A DNA stretch of 64,000 bases from Planctomycetota bacterium (GCA_009773755.1 WSZJ01000004.1:44475-108474), one strand, 5' to 3'. Shown: positions 54,580 to 63,282, counted from the stretch's first letter. Program-made: numbers and translations. The notes: a model not told the origin generated them from the letters alone.

Positions 54580-56814
54580 TCAGGGGTCAACGTGAATCGG
54601 ACCTGAGTTCGGAGGCTTCTCCAGCCAGGAAGCGATCGCGGCGAGGGTCTCCTCATCTACTTCGGCGAGACGAATCCCGGCGAGCCGGCGAACGCATTCC
54701 GACGCGAGAACGGGGGACAGGTTTTCCGCCGAAGTCACCGTGCGGTAGGTCGCCGAGGAATTGAACGGAAAGTCCCGCTCCTCGACCGTCAGTCGAAGCC
54801 AGCCGGTCCCGGCCCGCCAGAGCACGAAGCGGTCGGAGCCGTCTCTCAGGATGCGTCCGGAAGAGATGATCTCCTCGAGGAGAGCCTTCGTCTCAGGCAC
54901 ATTCTCGAACGGAATCGGCGCGGCGCCGCCGGCCGGCTCAAATCCGAAAACTCGAGAGTAGAACGAGAGCTCGGCCTCGAGCGCCCGGCGGATCGTCTCC
55001 GCGCGGCGGAACCCGTGGCCTTCTTTCTCGAACGCGAGGTAGGCGAAGGGCGCGCCGCGTTTGCGAAGCGCATCGACCACGATTTCCGTCTGGCAGGGCG
55101 GGCAGACGACGTCGTCGAGCCCCTGGAAAAATATGACCGGCGCGACAATGCGATCGGCCTCGTGCACCGGCGAGCGCTCGCGGTACAGGTCGCGGCGCTC
55201 CGGCCAGGGACCGACCAGCCGCACGCTGTATTTCCACTCGAACTTGTGCCCGTAGTCGTCCGCGAGAACTTCGAGGTCTCCGATCCCGTAGTAACTGGCT
55301 CCGGCGCAGAAGACGCGGCTTCGGGTCAGCGCGCGCATGGTCGTGTACCCGCCGGCGCTGCCGCCGCGGATCGCGACCCGCTTCGGATCCGCGAGGCCCC
55401 GCTCGACAAGATGCCGCGCCGCCGCTTCGCAGTCCTCCACGTCCACGATCCCCCACTGGCCGTTCAGGCGCTCGCGATAAGCGCGGCCGTAGCCGGTGCT
55501 CCCGCCGTAGTTCACGTCCACGACGGCGAGTCCGCGGCTGGTCCAGAACTGCGTCTCGAGGTCAAGCGTGCTCGTGGCCGCGCTGGTCGGGCCGCCGTGG
55601 CAGTCGACGAGAAGCGGCGGAAGCTGTCCTGCCGGCGCGGAAAAATCCCGGTTGCGGGGCGCGTAGTAGAGGGCGTGCGCGGTCAGTCCGCGGGCCGTCG
55701 GGAACTCGATCGGCACGGCGGGCGAGAGGTAACCTGCGTCGGCCGCCGAGGCGCTCGAGCGCCGGATCACCTCGGTTCGCCTTGAGGCGAGGTCAAGCAG
55801 CACGAGCGCTTCCGGCTCGCCCGGCGAGCCCGCGAGGAAGAGCGCGCGGCCGGGCGCCGTGCGGAGCGATTTCATCTCGGAATACGGAAGGACGATCTCG
55901 TCGAGTCGTTTCGTCCCGGTATCGAGCAGGCCCAGGCGCCAGACGCCGCGTTCGCAGAAGAGGCACACGATGCGCTGAGCGGAATCGAAGCCGTACGTCG
56001 TGCTGCAGAAGTTCCACTGCGGCCGCCCGAACTCGGCCTGCCGGTCCGTGAGCGCTTCGATGCGGCCATCCCGCTCCCGAAAGATGTTCCAGAAGCCGCT
56101 TCGATCGGACACGAAATGGAGAAGGCCGTCCGGGGACCACTCCGGCTGGTAGATCGATTCCTCCGGGCCGCCCGCGACAAGGCGTGCCTCGCAGAGCGAG
56201 CCGTCCGGTCGGATTTCAGCGACGCGCAGCTCGGTTCCGTCCCAGGGCATGTTGGGATGGTTCCAGGAAAGCCACGCGAGGCGCGAGCCGTCCGGGCTGA
56301 GCCGCGGAGTCGAATAGAAGTCGCTTCCACGAACGAGCACCGTTCCCTCGGATTCCGTTACGAGCGGAAGTGAAGCGAGAGTGGTCTCGGCTTGTGTCCC
56401 CGTGACGTTGTGGTCTTCGCGGACGCAGATGAGCCTCCCGCGCGCGGCGTCGAATTCGAAGTCGGCGAAGCGCATTTTTCCGGCGGGGGTGACGGGCCGC
56501 GGAGGTTGGCCGGGCGAGAGGGCGTAGACGCGGCGGTCACCGTCGTGCGAGAACCAGACCGTGTCCGGACCGGCGAGGTACGCGCCGCCGCCATACTCGT
56601 TGACGCGCGTTCGCACATTGAAAGGCGCCGGCGTCAAATCGGCGCCGCTTCGGACGAGAACCGATCGGCCGCCCTCAGAAGGCCGCGACTCCGTCCACAG
56701 GATTTTGCCGGCGCAGAACGAGGGCTGACCGAGCACGACGGTCTCGCCGACGATGAGGGCGGTGGTGATCGGAGAGGTCCATGAACCGAACGGGGCCGGG
56801 CGGGGGGAGGCCAC
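54580..56814 (-). CDS. S9 family serine peptidase (beta-propeller + prolyl-oligopeptidase-type catalytic domain) with ~110-aa C-terminal extension
   Basis: GTG start. ..PFGSWTSPIT.. is a typical N-terminus. Catalytic GGSAGGY, with ..FFQGLDD.. and ..EGHGF.. completing the triad. The extra C-terminal domain is unassigned. Confidence 0.85.
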   Translation of the reverse strand: MASPRPAPFGSWTSPITTALIVGETVVLGQPSFCAGKILWTESRPSEGGRSVLVRSGADLTPAPFNVRTRVNEYGGGAYLAGPDTVWFSHDGDRRVYALSPGQPPRPVTPAGKMRFADFEFDAARGRLICVREDHNVTGTQAETTLASLPLVTESEGTVLVRGSDFYSTPRLSPDGSRLAWLSWNHPNMPWDGTELRVAEIRPDGSLCEARLVAGGPEESIYQPEWSPDGLLHFVSDRSGFWNIFRERDGRIEALTDRQAEFGRPQWNFCSTTYGFDSAQRIVCLFCERGVWRLGLLDTGTKRLDEIVLPYSEMKSLRTAPGRALFLAGSPGEPEALVLLDLASRRTEVIRRSSASAADAGYLSPAVPIEFPTARGLTAHALYYAPRNRDFSAPAGQLPPLLVDCHGGPTSAATSTLDLETQFWTSRGLAVVDVNYGGSTGYGRAYRERLNGQWGIVDVEDCEAAARHLVERGLADPKRVAIRGGSAGGYTTMRALTRSRVFCAGASYYGIGDLEVLADDYGHKFEWKYSVRLVGPWPERRDLYRERSPVHEADRIVAPVIFFQGLDDVVCPPCQTEIVVDALRKRGAPFAYLAFEKEGHGFRRAETIRRALEAELSFYSRVFGFEPAGGAAPIPFENVPETKALLEEIISSGRILRDGSDRFVLWRAGTGWLRLTVEERDFPFNSSATYRTVTSAENLSPVLASECVRRLAGIRLAEVDEETLAAIASWLEKPPNSGPIHVDP

Positions 56815-56854
56815 GGGGGGTCCTTGAACGTGGGTTGACGAAGGGGCCTGCTCC

Positions 56855-57928
56855 TCACTTCGACGGCGGCCGCGCTGCAGATCCTACCTCAGCGGCGATC
56901 GCGAGCATTTCGGGAAAGGGCAGATTTCCGATCAGTGTCAGCGCCGTGTTGTCGACCGACCAGCTGACAATTGTGAATCCGAAGGCGAAATTCAGGACAC
57001 CGTCATGGTCACCAATCCTCACGGGTATTCCGATCTCCGGCACGCTGGCAGGGCCCGTGTTGCGCATCTCGGACAGGGAAAGCCAGCTCGCCCCCTGCGG
57101 CATTAGAAGGGCCACGATCGGCGCCGCTTCAAGGTCTCCTCCCAGGACAACCTTGCGCAGCTCGTGCCCGGCCGGAAGTTTCGCGGGCTGGAGGATCGGA
57201 AAGGGCACGAGCTCCTCGGCTTCGGTGAGCGTGACCGCGGGACCGGCGAGGTCGCAGTCGAAAACGAGCGCTTCGGCCGGGAACTCGAAGCGAAACGCGC
57301 CGGGAGGAACGGGCACGCCGAACTCGATCGTGTCGAACTCCATCGCGTACCAGTCGTGGCCGGGCGCATCCTGGATCCGCAGCTTCAACGGAACGGAAGT
57401 GCCGGCGTCCATCCAGGCCTGATACGGCCGGACGAACGGCTCTTGGTCGAGAGGCTCGCAATTCCAGAGATCCACTTCGCGCCCGCCGACGACGCCGGAG
57501 CCCTCGTGGTCGAGATCGTAGTGACTGACGATCCAGGAGCAGCCCCGGTACAGGGTCCGGGCGACTTCGCTGCGACTGGGCTGGTCGAGCCCGCGGATCC
57601 GCAGCCCGATGCCGCTTCGCGGCCACCAGATCGACATCGTCGAGCCGTCGGAGACGAAAAGCTCCCCGGCGTGCTCCGCCGGCGCCATGACTTCCGCGCG
57701 CACCTTCCACGGTCTTTCGTAGAGGATCGTCTTTACGACGGCCACTCCCGGCTGGCGGCGGAGAAGGCCGCGCTCCGTGACCTGGGCTTCGTAGCTCTCG
57801 ATCGAGTACAGGCCGTTGGTGATCGCGCGCGCCATCAGGTGCGCCTTGATGTTCGTGCAGGATATGGACAGCAGGGCGCAACTAATCAGGCCGAGAGTGA
57901 CGAAGCGCGGATGTATGTACGCGGACAT
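56855..57928 (-). CDS. Lipoprotein with LolA/RseB-like N-terminal and DUF4367-like C-terminal domains
   Basis: Trimmed to the Met at 57928. Lipobox ..CALLSISC. The N-terminal half (..YEAQVTERGLLRRQPGVAVVKTILYERPWKVRAEV..) resembles the LolA-like fold. The C-terminal half is ..VPFPILQPAKLPAGHEL... Family call is moderate. Confidence 0.6.
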   Translation of the reverse strand: MSAYIHPRFVTLGLISCALLSISCTNIKAHLMARAITNGLYSIESYEAQVTERGLLRRQPGVAVVKTILYERPWKVRAEVMAPAEHAGELFVSDGSTMSIWWPRSGIGLRIRGLDQPSRSEVARTLYRGCSWIVSHYDLDHEGSGVVGGREVDLWNCEPLDQEPFVRPYQAWMDAGTSVPLKLRIQDAPGHDWYAMEFDTIEFGVPVPPGAFRFEFPAEALVFDCDLAGPAVTLTEAEELVPFPILQPAKLPAGHELRKVVLGGDLEAAPIVALLMPQGASWLSLSEMRNTGPASVPEIGIPVRIGDHDGVLNFAFGFTIVSWSVDNTALTLIGNLPFPEMLAIAAEVGSAARPPSK

Positions 57929-58078
57929 GATTCCCCCATCCTGAGCGAACATGGGTAAGTGTTTTCCGACCCGCGCCCTCCCGCATCTTCGGAACCGTTC
58001 GACTCGCCCTTTGGGCTCGCTCACGGTAAGCCGGGCCGATCGAGGCGAAGGCATGAAAACGGACTTACCCGGCCCGGC

Positions 58079-58147
58079 TTAGAGGCAACAACCCAACCAG
58101 AAAAGGCCGATGGCCAGGAAGCCGATCACGACCAGGAATCCCCACAT
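58079..58147 (-). CDS. Putative 22-aa hydrophobic micropeptide
   Basis: Manual translation gives MWGFLVVIGFLAIGLFWLGCCL, with AGGAGG 6 nt upstream of the ATG. The inverted repeat TAAGCCGGGCC/GGCCCGGCTTA (58027-58037 / 58071-58081) overlaps the stop codon. Not in the ORF track because it is too short. Confidence 0.35.
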   Translation of the reverse strand: MWGFLVVIGFLAIGLFWLGCCL

Positions 58148-58159
58148 GAACACCTCCTG

Positions 58160-58261
58160 TCAGGACCGCTTCCAGAAGGACCACAGGGAAGGGAACGCGA
58201 GAACCCGGTCCCAGAAGTACCGAAAGAGGAGCTCAAGTATGAAAGTAAGAAGCACCTCCAT
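58160..58261 (-). CDS. Putative 33-aa hydrophobic micropeptide
   Basis: Internal Met of ORF 58160..58369: MEVLLTFILELLFRYFWDRVLAFPSLWSFWKRS, with GGGAGGGGG directly upstream. Ends 12 nt before the next micropeptide start. Confidence 0.3.
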   Translation of the reverse strand: MEVLLTFILELLFRYFWDRVLAFPSLWSFWKRS

Positions 58262-58438
58262 GGCCCCCTCCCGATGGTTCTGAAGCGGGGCATACCTCAT
58301 TTTCCGTGCCGTTGGGAACCGGGTTCCCGTGCACGTCCCGGGTTCGGCGACGTGCAGCCCCGCCCGCAACTTGTGCGAATTCGAGCGTTGGGCTGGGTCT
58401 AATGCTGTTGCCGCGCTCCGAGGCGCTGCTTGAATTCA

Positions 58439-59401
58439 TTAGCGGGGGCCCTTCCCTCCCGGCCCCGGGTCCGTGTCGGGAATTTCCGTCTTCCAGTCGA
58501 TGCCGAGGCGGCGTCCCTCGCGAATGTGCGCGCCAGGGTCCTTTTCGACGGGCTTGTGGATCAGAGATCCTTTGAGCAGGCCGGCCTCCAGCTCCTTCGG
58601 CGTGGATTTCGCGTCCATTTCGAGGAGCACCTTTCCCGCCACCCCATACGTGTCGGGCTCGATCACGAGAGTGCCGCTCTTCTTCGTCACGCCTTTCACG
58701 ATTTCCAATTCCTTCGGGTCCGTGACGGTCGCGTAGATGAACTTCCCCGCGATCGACTCTTTCCACGCCGCCTGCGCCAGACTCTCCTCCTGCTTCGTCG
58801 CAGCGTCCTTGTCCGGCGCGAGCAAGAGCACGCACGCCAACCCCTCGCACGCCGCAACGTCGAGCGCGAGCCGCGCGTTCTTCATCACGGGCAGCTCCCA
58901 CGATCCGTCCTGCTTCGGCGCGTACTTCGCCGCGACCTCTTTCATCCCCGCCGCCATCGCCGCCGCGTCCGCATACACCGCGCCCGGCGAACGCCCCGCC
59001 CGGCCGATCTTCTTCGCGTCGGGCGTCAGCAGCGCGAACATCGTGTTCTCGAGCTCGCCGGAAGCGCCGACAAAGTACGACTTCATGACTTCTGCCTCTT
59101 CCTTGCTCTCGTACGTCGCGAGCCGGATGCAGACGAAGTTCTTCGAAGCGTCGATGACGGCCGCGTTGGACAGGAAACTCCCGTCCATCTTCTGCTTCCC
59201 GGGTCACCAGAGCCCGGAGATGCCGTGGCACTGCGGCGCAGCGGAAATCAGCAGGATCGGTCGGCCGGTGGCTTTTGCGACGCGGGAGCCGCGCTCCCAG
59301 GTCCCGTACCAGGCGATGCCGGTGCGCGTTCCGGCTTCCTCTGAAGCGGCCGGCAGGACGGTCGAGCACACGACGGCGAACACGAGCGTGGCGATTCTCA
59401 C
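58439..59401 (-). CDS. Secreted thioredoxin-fold protein with in-frame TGA at 59204-59206 (candidate selenocysteine at codon 66)
   Basis: GTG 59401 has AAGGAG 6 nt upstream. Signal peptide VRIATLVFAVVCSTVLPAASE. The tail of ORF 59204..59932 and ORF 58439..59188 are in the same frame and are separated by a single TGA: ..GRPILLISAAPQCHGISGLW[TGA]PGKQKMDGSFLSNAAVIDASKNFVCIRLAT... The layout resembles Thioredoxin_7/DsbD-gamma. Confidence 0.55.
59168..59186 (-). promoter_or_regulatory. SECIS-like stem-loop 17 nt downstream of the in-frame UGA
   Basis: The RNA reads GGACGGG-AGUUU-CCUGUCC: a 7-bp stem including one G.U pair, and a 5-nt loop containing GU. Confidence 0.4.
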
Positions 59402-59476
59402 GGGTTCTCCTTTGAGAGAGAAACGTCCCGCGCTCTCGCATATTGTGGGATTTCCCCCGGCTGGTAGCCTCCCCCC

Positions 59477-59992
59477 ATGCCGATCGTTACCGTCACCGGC
59501 GGCCCCCGCCTCGCCGTCATCCGCCGCCTCTTCCGCGAATACCAGGCCGACCTCGGCGTCGACCTGTGCTTCCAGTCGTTCGAGGAAGAGCTCGCTTCGC
59601 TTCCCGGCCGCTACGGTCCCCCGGACGGAATTCTCCTCCTCGCGCACCATGGCCGCCACACCGCGGGATGCGTCGCGCTTCGCGATCTCGGGAGAGGCGT
59701 GTGCGAAATGAAGCGGATGTTCGTGCGCCCGAAATTTCGCGGTCATGGAATCGGCCGCGCTCTGGCCGAGGCCGTTCTGAAAGCAGGCCGGCGGCTCGGC
59801 TACCGCACGATGAAACTCGACACGGTTTCGAAGTTGAAGGCGGCGCTGGAACTCTATCGGCGGCTCGGCTTCCGCAAAACCGCGCCCTACTGCCACAATC
59901 CGCTCGCCGACGCGATCTTCCTGGCGAAGCAACTGAACCCTACCTCATTGCGAATTCGCCCGACATTCAGCCGCAAGACCCGCAACTCCTGA
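59477..59992 (+). CDS. GNAT family N-acetyltransferase
   Basis: ..GCVALRDLGRGVCEMKRMFVRPKFRGHGIGRALAEAVL..GYRTMKLDT..AALELYRRLGF carries the acetyl-CoA binding motif R-x-x-G-x-G. Confidence 0.85.
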   Translation: MPIVTVTGGPRLAVIRRLFREYQADLGVDLCFQSFEEELASLPGRYGPPDGILLLAHHGRHTAGCVALRDLGRGVCEMKRMFVRPKFRGHGIGRALAEAVLKAGRRLGYRTMKLDTVSKLKAALELYRRLGFRKTAPYCHNPLADAIFLAKQLNPTSLRIRPTFSRKTRNS

Positions 59993-60194
59993 CACCGAAC
60001 CGGGTGCATGGTGGAAGCGCCGACTACCTTGCGGGACTTTCAGAATCGCGGTTTCCACCGGCAAAAACGGCGACCACAGGCGCTGCGGCAAGGGTCGTGG
60101 AGGATTGCAGGACCGGCCATGCCCCCCCCGAACGCCACCTGGAACTCGGAACGCAGATCACATTCTCCGGAACCCTCGACCCTCAACCGCCCCG

Positions 60195-61493
60195 CTAGTT
60201 TCTGAACGCGATCCCGCCGCGCTTCACGACCATCTGAACTTCATCTCCGCGGTGAAACTCTCCGTCGAGAATTCCGTCGGCGAGCGGATTCTCCACGAGG
60301 TCCGTCACCGTCCGCCGCAGCTCCCGCGCCCCGTATTCCGGGCTGAACCCCGCTTCCGCCAGGAACTTCGGCACCGGCGGCGTCCAGGTGAGGCGCAGGT
60401 CGGCGCGCGTGGCGTGATGCACGACCTCGCCGAGGAATTTCTCGACGATGCGGACGCAGTCCTCGAGCCCGAGAGGGTTGAACAGGACGACCTCGTCGAT
60501 CCGGTTCAGGAATTCCGGGCGGAATTCTTTCTTCAGCGCGTCGACCGTGCAGCCGAACAGAGCCTCGCGGTCGAGCCCGGCGCGCTTCGACCGGTCGAAG
60601 CCGATCCGTTCGCGGGCTTCGCGGACTTCTTCGACGCCGACGTTGGAAGTGAGGATGACGATCGCGTCGGCGAACGAGATGCGCGCGCCGTGGGAGTCGG
60701 TGATGAAGCCTTCGTCGAACAGTTGCAGCAGCAGGTTGTGCACTTTGGGATCGGCCTTCTCGATTTCATCGAAGAGGACGACCGCGCGCCCTTTCTTCTT
60801 CATTTCCTCGGTCAAGTACCCGCCCTCGTTGTGGCCGATGTAGCCGGGGGGCGCGCCGATCAGCTTGGCGTACTCATGCGGCAGGCCGTACTCGCTGCAA
60901 TCCACGCGGACCATGTGGGCGCGGTCCTCGAAGACGGTGTCGGTGAGCGCCTTGGCCAGCTCGGTTTTCCCAACACCGGTCTGGCCGATGAAAAAGAACG
61001 TCCCCATCGGCCGCGTCGTGTCGCGCAACCCCGCCGCCGCGCGCCGCACGACCTGCGCGACCGCATGCACCGCGTCCCGCTGCCCGATGACGCGCTCCGC
61101 GAGGCGCTCCTCAAGCCGCGCGACTTTCGCGATCGCCTGGGCCGGCTCCGGCTCCGGCGCCTTGAGCAGGTGCAGCCCGGATTTCGGCTCGGACGCCGCG
61201 GGGAGTACGACCTGCGTGATGTCGAGCGTCGGGTTGACTTCCACGCACAGCCGGTAGAACTCTTCGTCGATCGCCCTCCGGCCGGAAGGAATTCTCTGGG
61301 ATGCCGCGTCGGCGAGAACCGGATAAGAGATGACGCAGGCATTGACGACCAGGCCGCGGTAGGCGTTCTTGTCGGGTACGCGGGCGAAGCGCAGCAACTC
61401 GGCAATTTCGGCGGCGCTGAACGAGCGGATCTTGATGAACTCGTCGAGCAGGGCCGAGAAGCGAAGGACGACGTTGGGTTCCATGCGGATCAT
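60195..61493 (-). CDS. Single-module Clp/Hsp100 D2-type AAA+ ATPase with unassigned ~130-aa N-terminal domain
   Basis: ATG 61493 has GGAGAGG upstream. ..VIGQRDAVHAVAQVVRRAAAGL..FFFIGQTGVGKTELAKAL..VLFDEIEKADPKVHNLLLQLFDEG..ILTSN..FRPEFLNRIDEVVLFNPL..GARELRRTV matches the second nucleotide-binding domain of ClpA/B/C plus the ClpB_D2-small domain. There is no D1 domain, no middle domain, and I did not spot a ClpP-binding loop. Confidence 0.8.
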   Translation of the reverse strand: MIRMEPNVVLRFSALLDEFIKIRSFSAAEIAELLRFARVPDKNAYRGLVVNACVISYPVLADAASQRIPSGRRAIDEEFYRLCVEVNPTLDITQVVLPAASEPKSGLHLLKAPEPEPAQAIAKVARLEERLAERVIGQRDAVHAVAQVVRRAAAGLRDTTRPMGTFFFIGQTGVGKTELAKALTDTVFEDRAHMVRVDCSEYGLPHEYAKLIGAPPGYIGHNEGGYLTEEMKKKGRAVVLFDEIEKADPKVHNLLLQLFDEGFITDSHGARISFADAIVILTSNVGVEEVREARERIGFDRSKRAGLDREALFGCTVDALKKEFRPEFLNRIDEVVLFNPLGLEDCVRIVEKFLGEVVHHATRADLRLTWTPPVPKFLAEAGFSPEYGARELRRTVTDLVENPLADGILDGEFHRGDEVQMVVKRGGIAFRN

Positions 61494-61626
61494 GATGAGC
61501 CTCTCCTTCTCCCCTTTGCCACGTGACGGCTGTGCCGTTCGCCGGACCCCCTGTGTTGTTATCGGACCTTGTGGTACCTAAGGTTCATAAGAATTGTAAA
61601 CGAAGGAGGGTTGCCACCAAAGGAGG

Positions 61627-61658
61627 AAGAAATCGCTGAACGCGACCCGTATTTCTTC
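61627..61658 (-). terminator. Candidate terminator hairpin after rsgA
   Basis: GAAGAAAT (61627-61634) and ATTTCTTC (61651-61658) form an 8-bp stem with a 16-nt loop. It starts 3 nt past the rsgA stop. There is no clear U-tract. Confidence 0.3.
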
Positions 61659-61660
61659 AG

Positions 61661-62575
61661 TCACCTCCGCGGCGCATTCTCCGCCGCCGCCAACTCCCTC
61701 TGCAGCACCTGGTACCCTTCCCACCGCCGCCGCGAAAACGCCCCGCTCTCGACTTCCGCCTTCACCGCGCACCCCGGCTCCGAATCGTGCCTGCAGTCGC
61801 GGTATTTGCACTTTCCCTCGAACGCCCGCATTTCCGGGTAGTACTCCGACAGGTGCGCCGCTTCCAACCCCCACAGCCCGAATGACTCGATTCCGGGCGT
61901 GTCGACGATCCAGCCGCCACCGGGAAGCGGCAGCATCTCGACCCACGTCGTCGTGTGGCGGCCTTCTTCGATCTTTTCGGAAAGCGCGCCGACCTTGCGC
62001 TTCCACTCCGGGTCGATCGCATTCAGGAGACTGGATTTTCCGACGCCGCTGGGACCCATGAGGACCGTCGTCGTACCGGCAATCCAGGCGCGCACCTCGT
62101 CGAGGCCTTTCCCCGTCACCGCGCACGTCTCGAAAACGGGGTACCCCGCGGCGCGGTACGCCACGACCTCGGGCGGCGGCCCGGCGAGGTCCACCTTGTT
62201 GATCGCGATCGCACACTTCATGCGCCCGGCCTCTCCCATCACCAGCGCACGGTCGACCGCGCGGAAATCCGGGTCCGGCGAGCGCGCCGAGAATACCGCC
62301 AGCACCTGCTCGGCGTTCGCGACCAGCACTCCCTCGATCCGACCCTGCGAACCCTTTGCGCGGCAGAGCTTTGTCTTTCGCGGCAGCGTCCGGAGGAACG
62401 TCCCTTCGCCCGCTTCGCCCGGCTCGACCTCGACCTCGTCTCCGACCGCAGCAGGCTTGTTGGCCCCCTCGCGCGAACGGCGCACTTTGTTCGTGAGGCT
62501 GCAGCGAAGGTTTGCCGAAGCCGTCTCGACGTGGAACTCGTTCCCGACGATCCTCACGACGCGCCCCTTTACCAT
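61661..62575 (-). CDS. rsgA: Ribosome small-subunit-dependent GTPase A
   Basis: ORF 61661..63193 trimmed to the Met at 62575 (MVKGRVVRIVGNEFHV, OB-fold). Circularly permuted GTPase motifs NKVDL ... GPSGVGKSSLLN ... DTPG. C-terminal zinc knuckle CKYRDCRHDSEPGCAV. Confidence 0.92.
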   Translation of the reverse strand: MVKGRVVRIVGNEFHVETASANLRCSLTNKVRRSREGANKPAAVGDEVEVEPGEAGEGTFLRTLPRKTKLCRAKGSQGRIEGVLVANAEQVLAVFSARSPDPDFRAVDRALVMGEAGRMKCAIAINKVDLAGPPPEVVAYRAAGYPVFETCAVTGKGLDEVRAWIAGTTTVLMGPSGVGKSSLLNAIDPEWKRKVGALSEKIEEGRHTTTWVEMLPLPGGGWIVDTPGIESFGLWGLEAAHLSEYYPEMRAFEGKCKYRDCRHDSEPGCAVKAEVESGAFSRRRWEGYQVLQRELAAAENAPRR

Positions 62576-63282
62576 CGCTCTCGCTCCCGGGCGCCGCCGT
62601 CGGGCAACATCTTCTGAAGCGGGCACCCATCGCATTTCGGTTTCGCCTTGCAGAATTCCTTCGCGGTCTTCACGAGGAGCGCGTGGGCTTCGTTGTACAG
62701 CGCCGCGTCGCGCGGAAGCGAGTCCATCCACCAGCTGCGCACGTCGTCGTAACCGGACTCCCAGTCGAGCCAGCCGTGGCGCGCGAGAATCCGGTGGGTG
62801 TACGCGTCGGCGACGAATGTCGCCTTCCCCGCCGCATACAGCGCGATCGCATCGGCGGTTTCGGGACCGATGCCGGAGATCTCGAGAAGCGCCTCGCGAA
62901 GCGATTCGGGACCTCGATCGAAGAGTCTCTCGAGCGACCCGCCATGCTCCTCGACAAGCCACTTGCAAAAGCGCATCAACCGCTTCGCCTTGACGCGAAA
63001 AGTCCCCGCCGGCCGAATGACTTCCTCCAATCCAGCGGTGCCCAGACGGACTACGAATTCGGCGTCGAGTCCTTTCCCTCCCGACCCCCGGCTCCCGACT
63101 CCCGACTCGCCGGCCGAAAGCCGTTTGAGATTTGATATCGCCAGTTCGACATTCTTCCAATTCGTGTTCTGCGCCAGGATCGCGCCGACGCACACTTCAA
63201 ACGGCGTCTCGGCAGGCCACCATTTCTGGGGACCGAACGCCGAGAGGAGCGTCTCGACGACTTTCGTGGCGGTCGAGATCAC
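62569..63282 (-). CDS. Endonuclease III-related HhH-GPD domain protein with low-complexity insertion
   Basis: GTG 63282 shares GTGA with the upstream stop. ..WWPAETPFEVCVGAILAQNTNWKNV.., ..EISGIGPETADAIALYA.. (HhH-GPD) and ..FCKAKPKCDGCPL.. (Cys cluster). The insertion SAGESGVGSRGSGGKG is encoded by the CTCCCGACT repeat. Confidence 0.8.
   Translation of the reverse strand: MISTATKVVETLLSAFGPQKWWPAETPFEVCVGAILAQNTNWKNVELAISNLKRLSAGESGVGSRGSGGKGLDAEFVVRLGTAGLEEVIRPAGTFRVKAKRLMRFCKWLVEEHGGSLERLFDRGPESLREALLEISGIGPETADAIALYAAGKATFVADAYTHRILARHGWLDWESGYDDVRSWWMDSLPRDAALYNEAHALLVKTAKEFCKAKPKCDGCPLQKMLPDGGARERERW

Noticed and set aside
59204-59206. TGA reassignment (genetic code 4/25) as the explanation for the in-frame TGA
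   Set aside because: TGA clearly terminates many genes here, including several ATGA/GTGA start-stop overlaps. No other gene I inspected needs TGA read-through.
59993-60194. Possible tRNA or small RNA in the 200-nt gap between the GNAT and Clp-like genes
   Set aside because: There is only one modest stem (GGTGGAA..TTCCACC). I could find no cloverleaf, no anticodon-arm geometry and no T-loop GTTCRANYC-type motif. There is insufficient evidence for any RNA gene.
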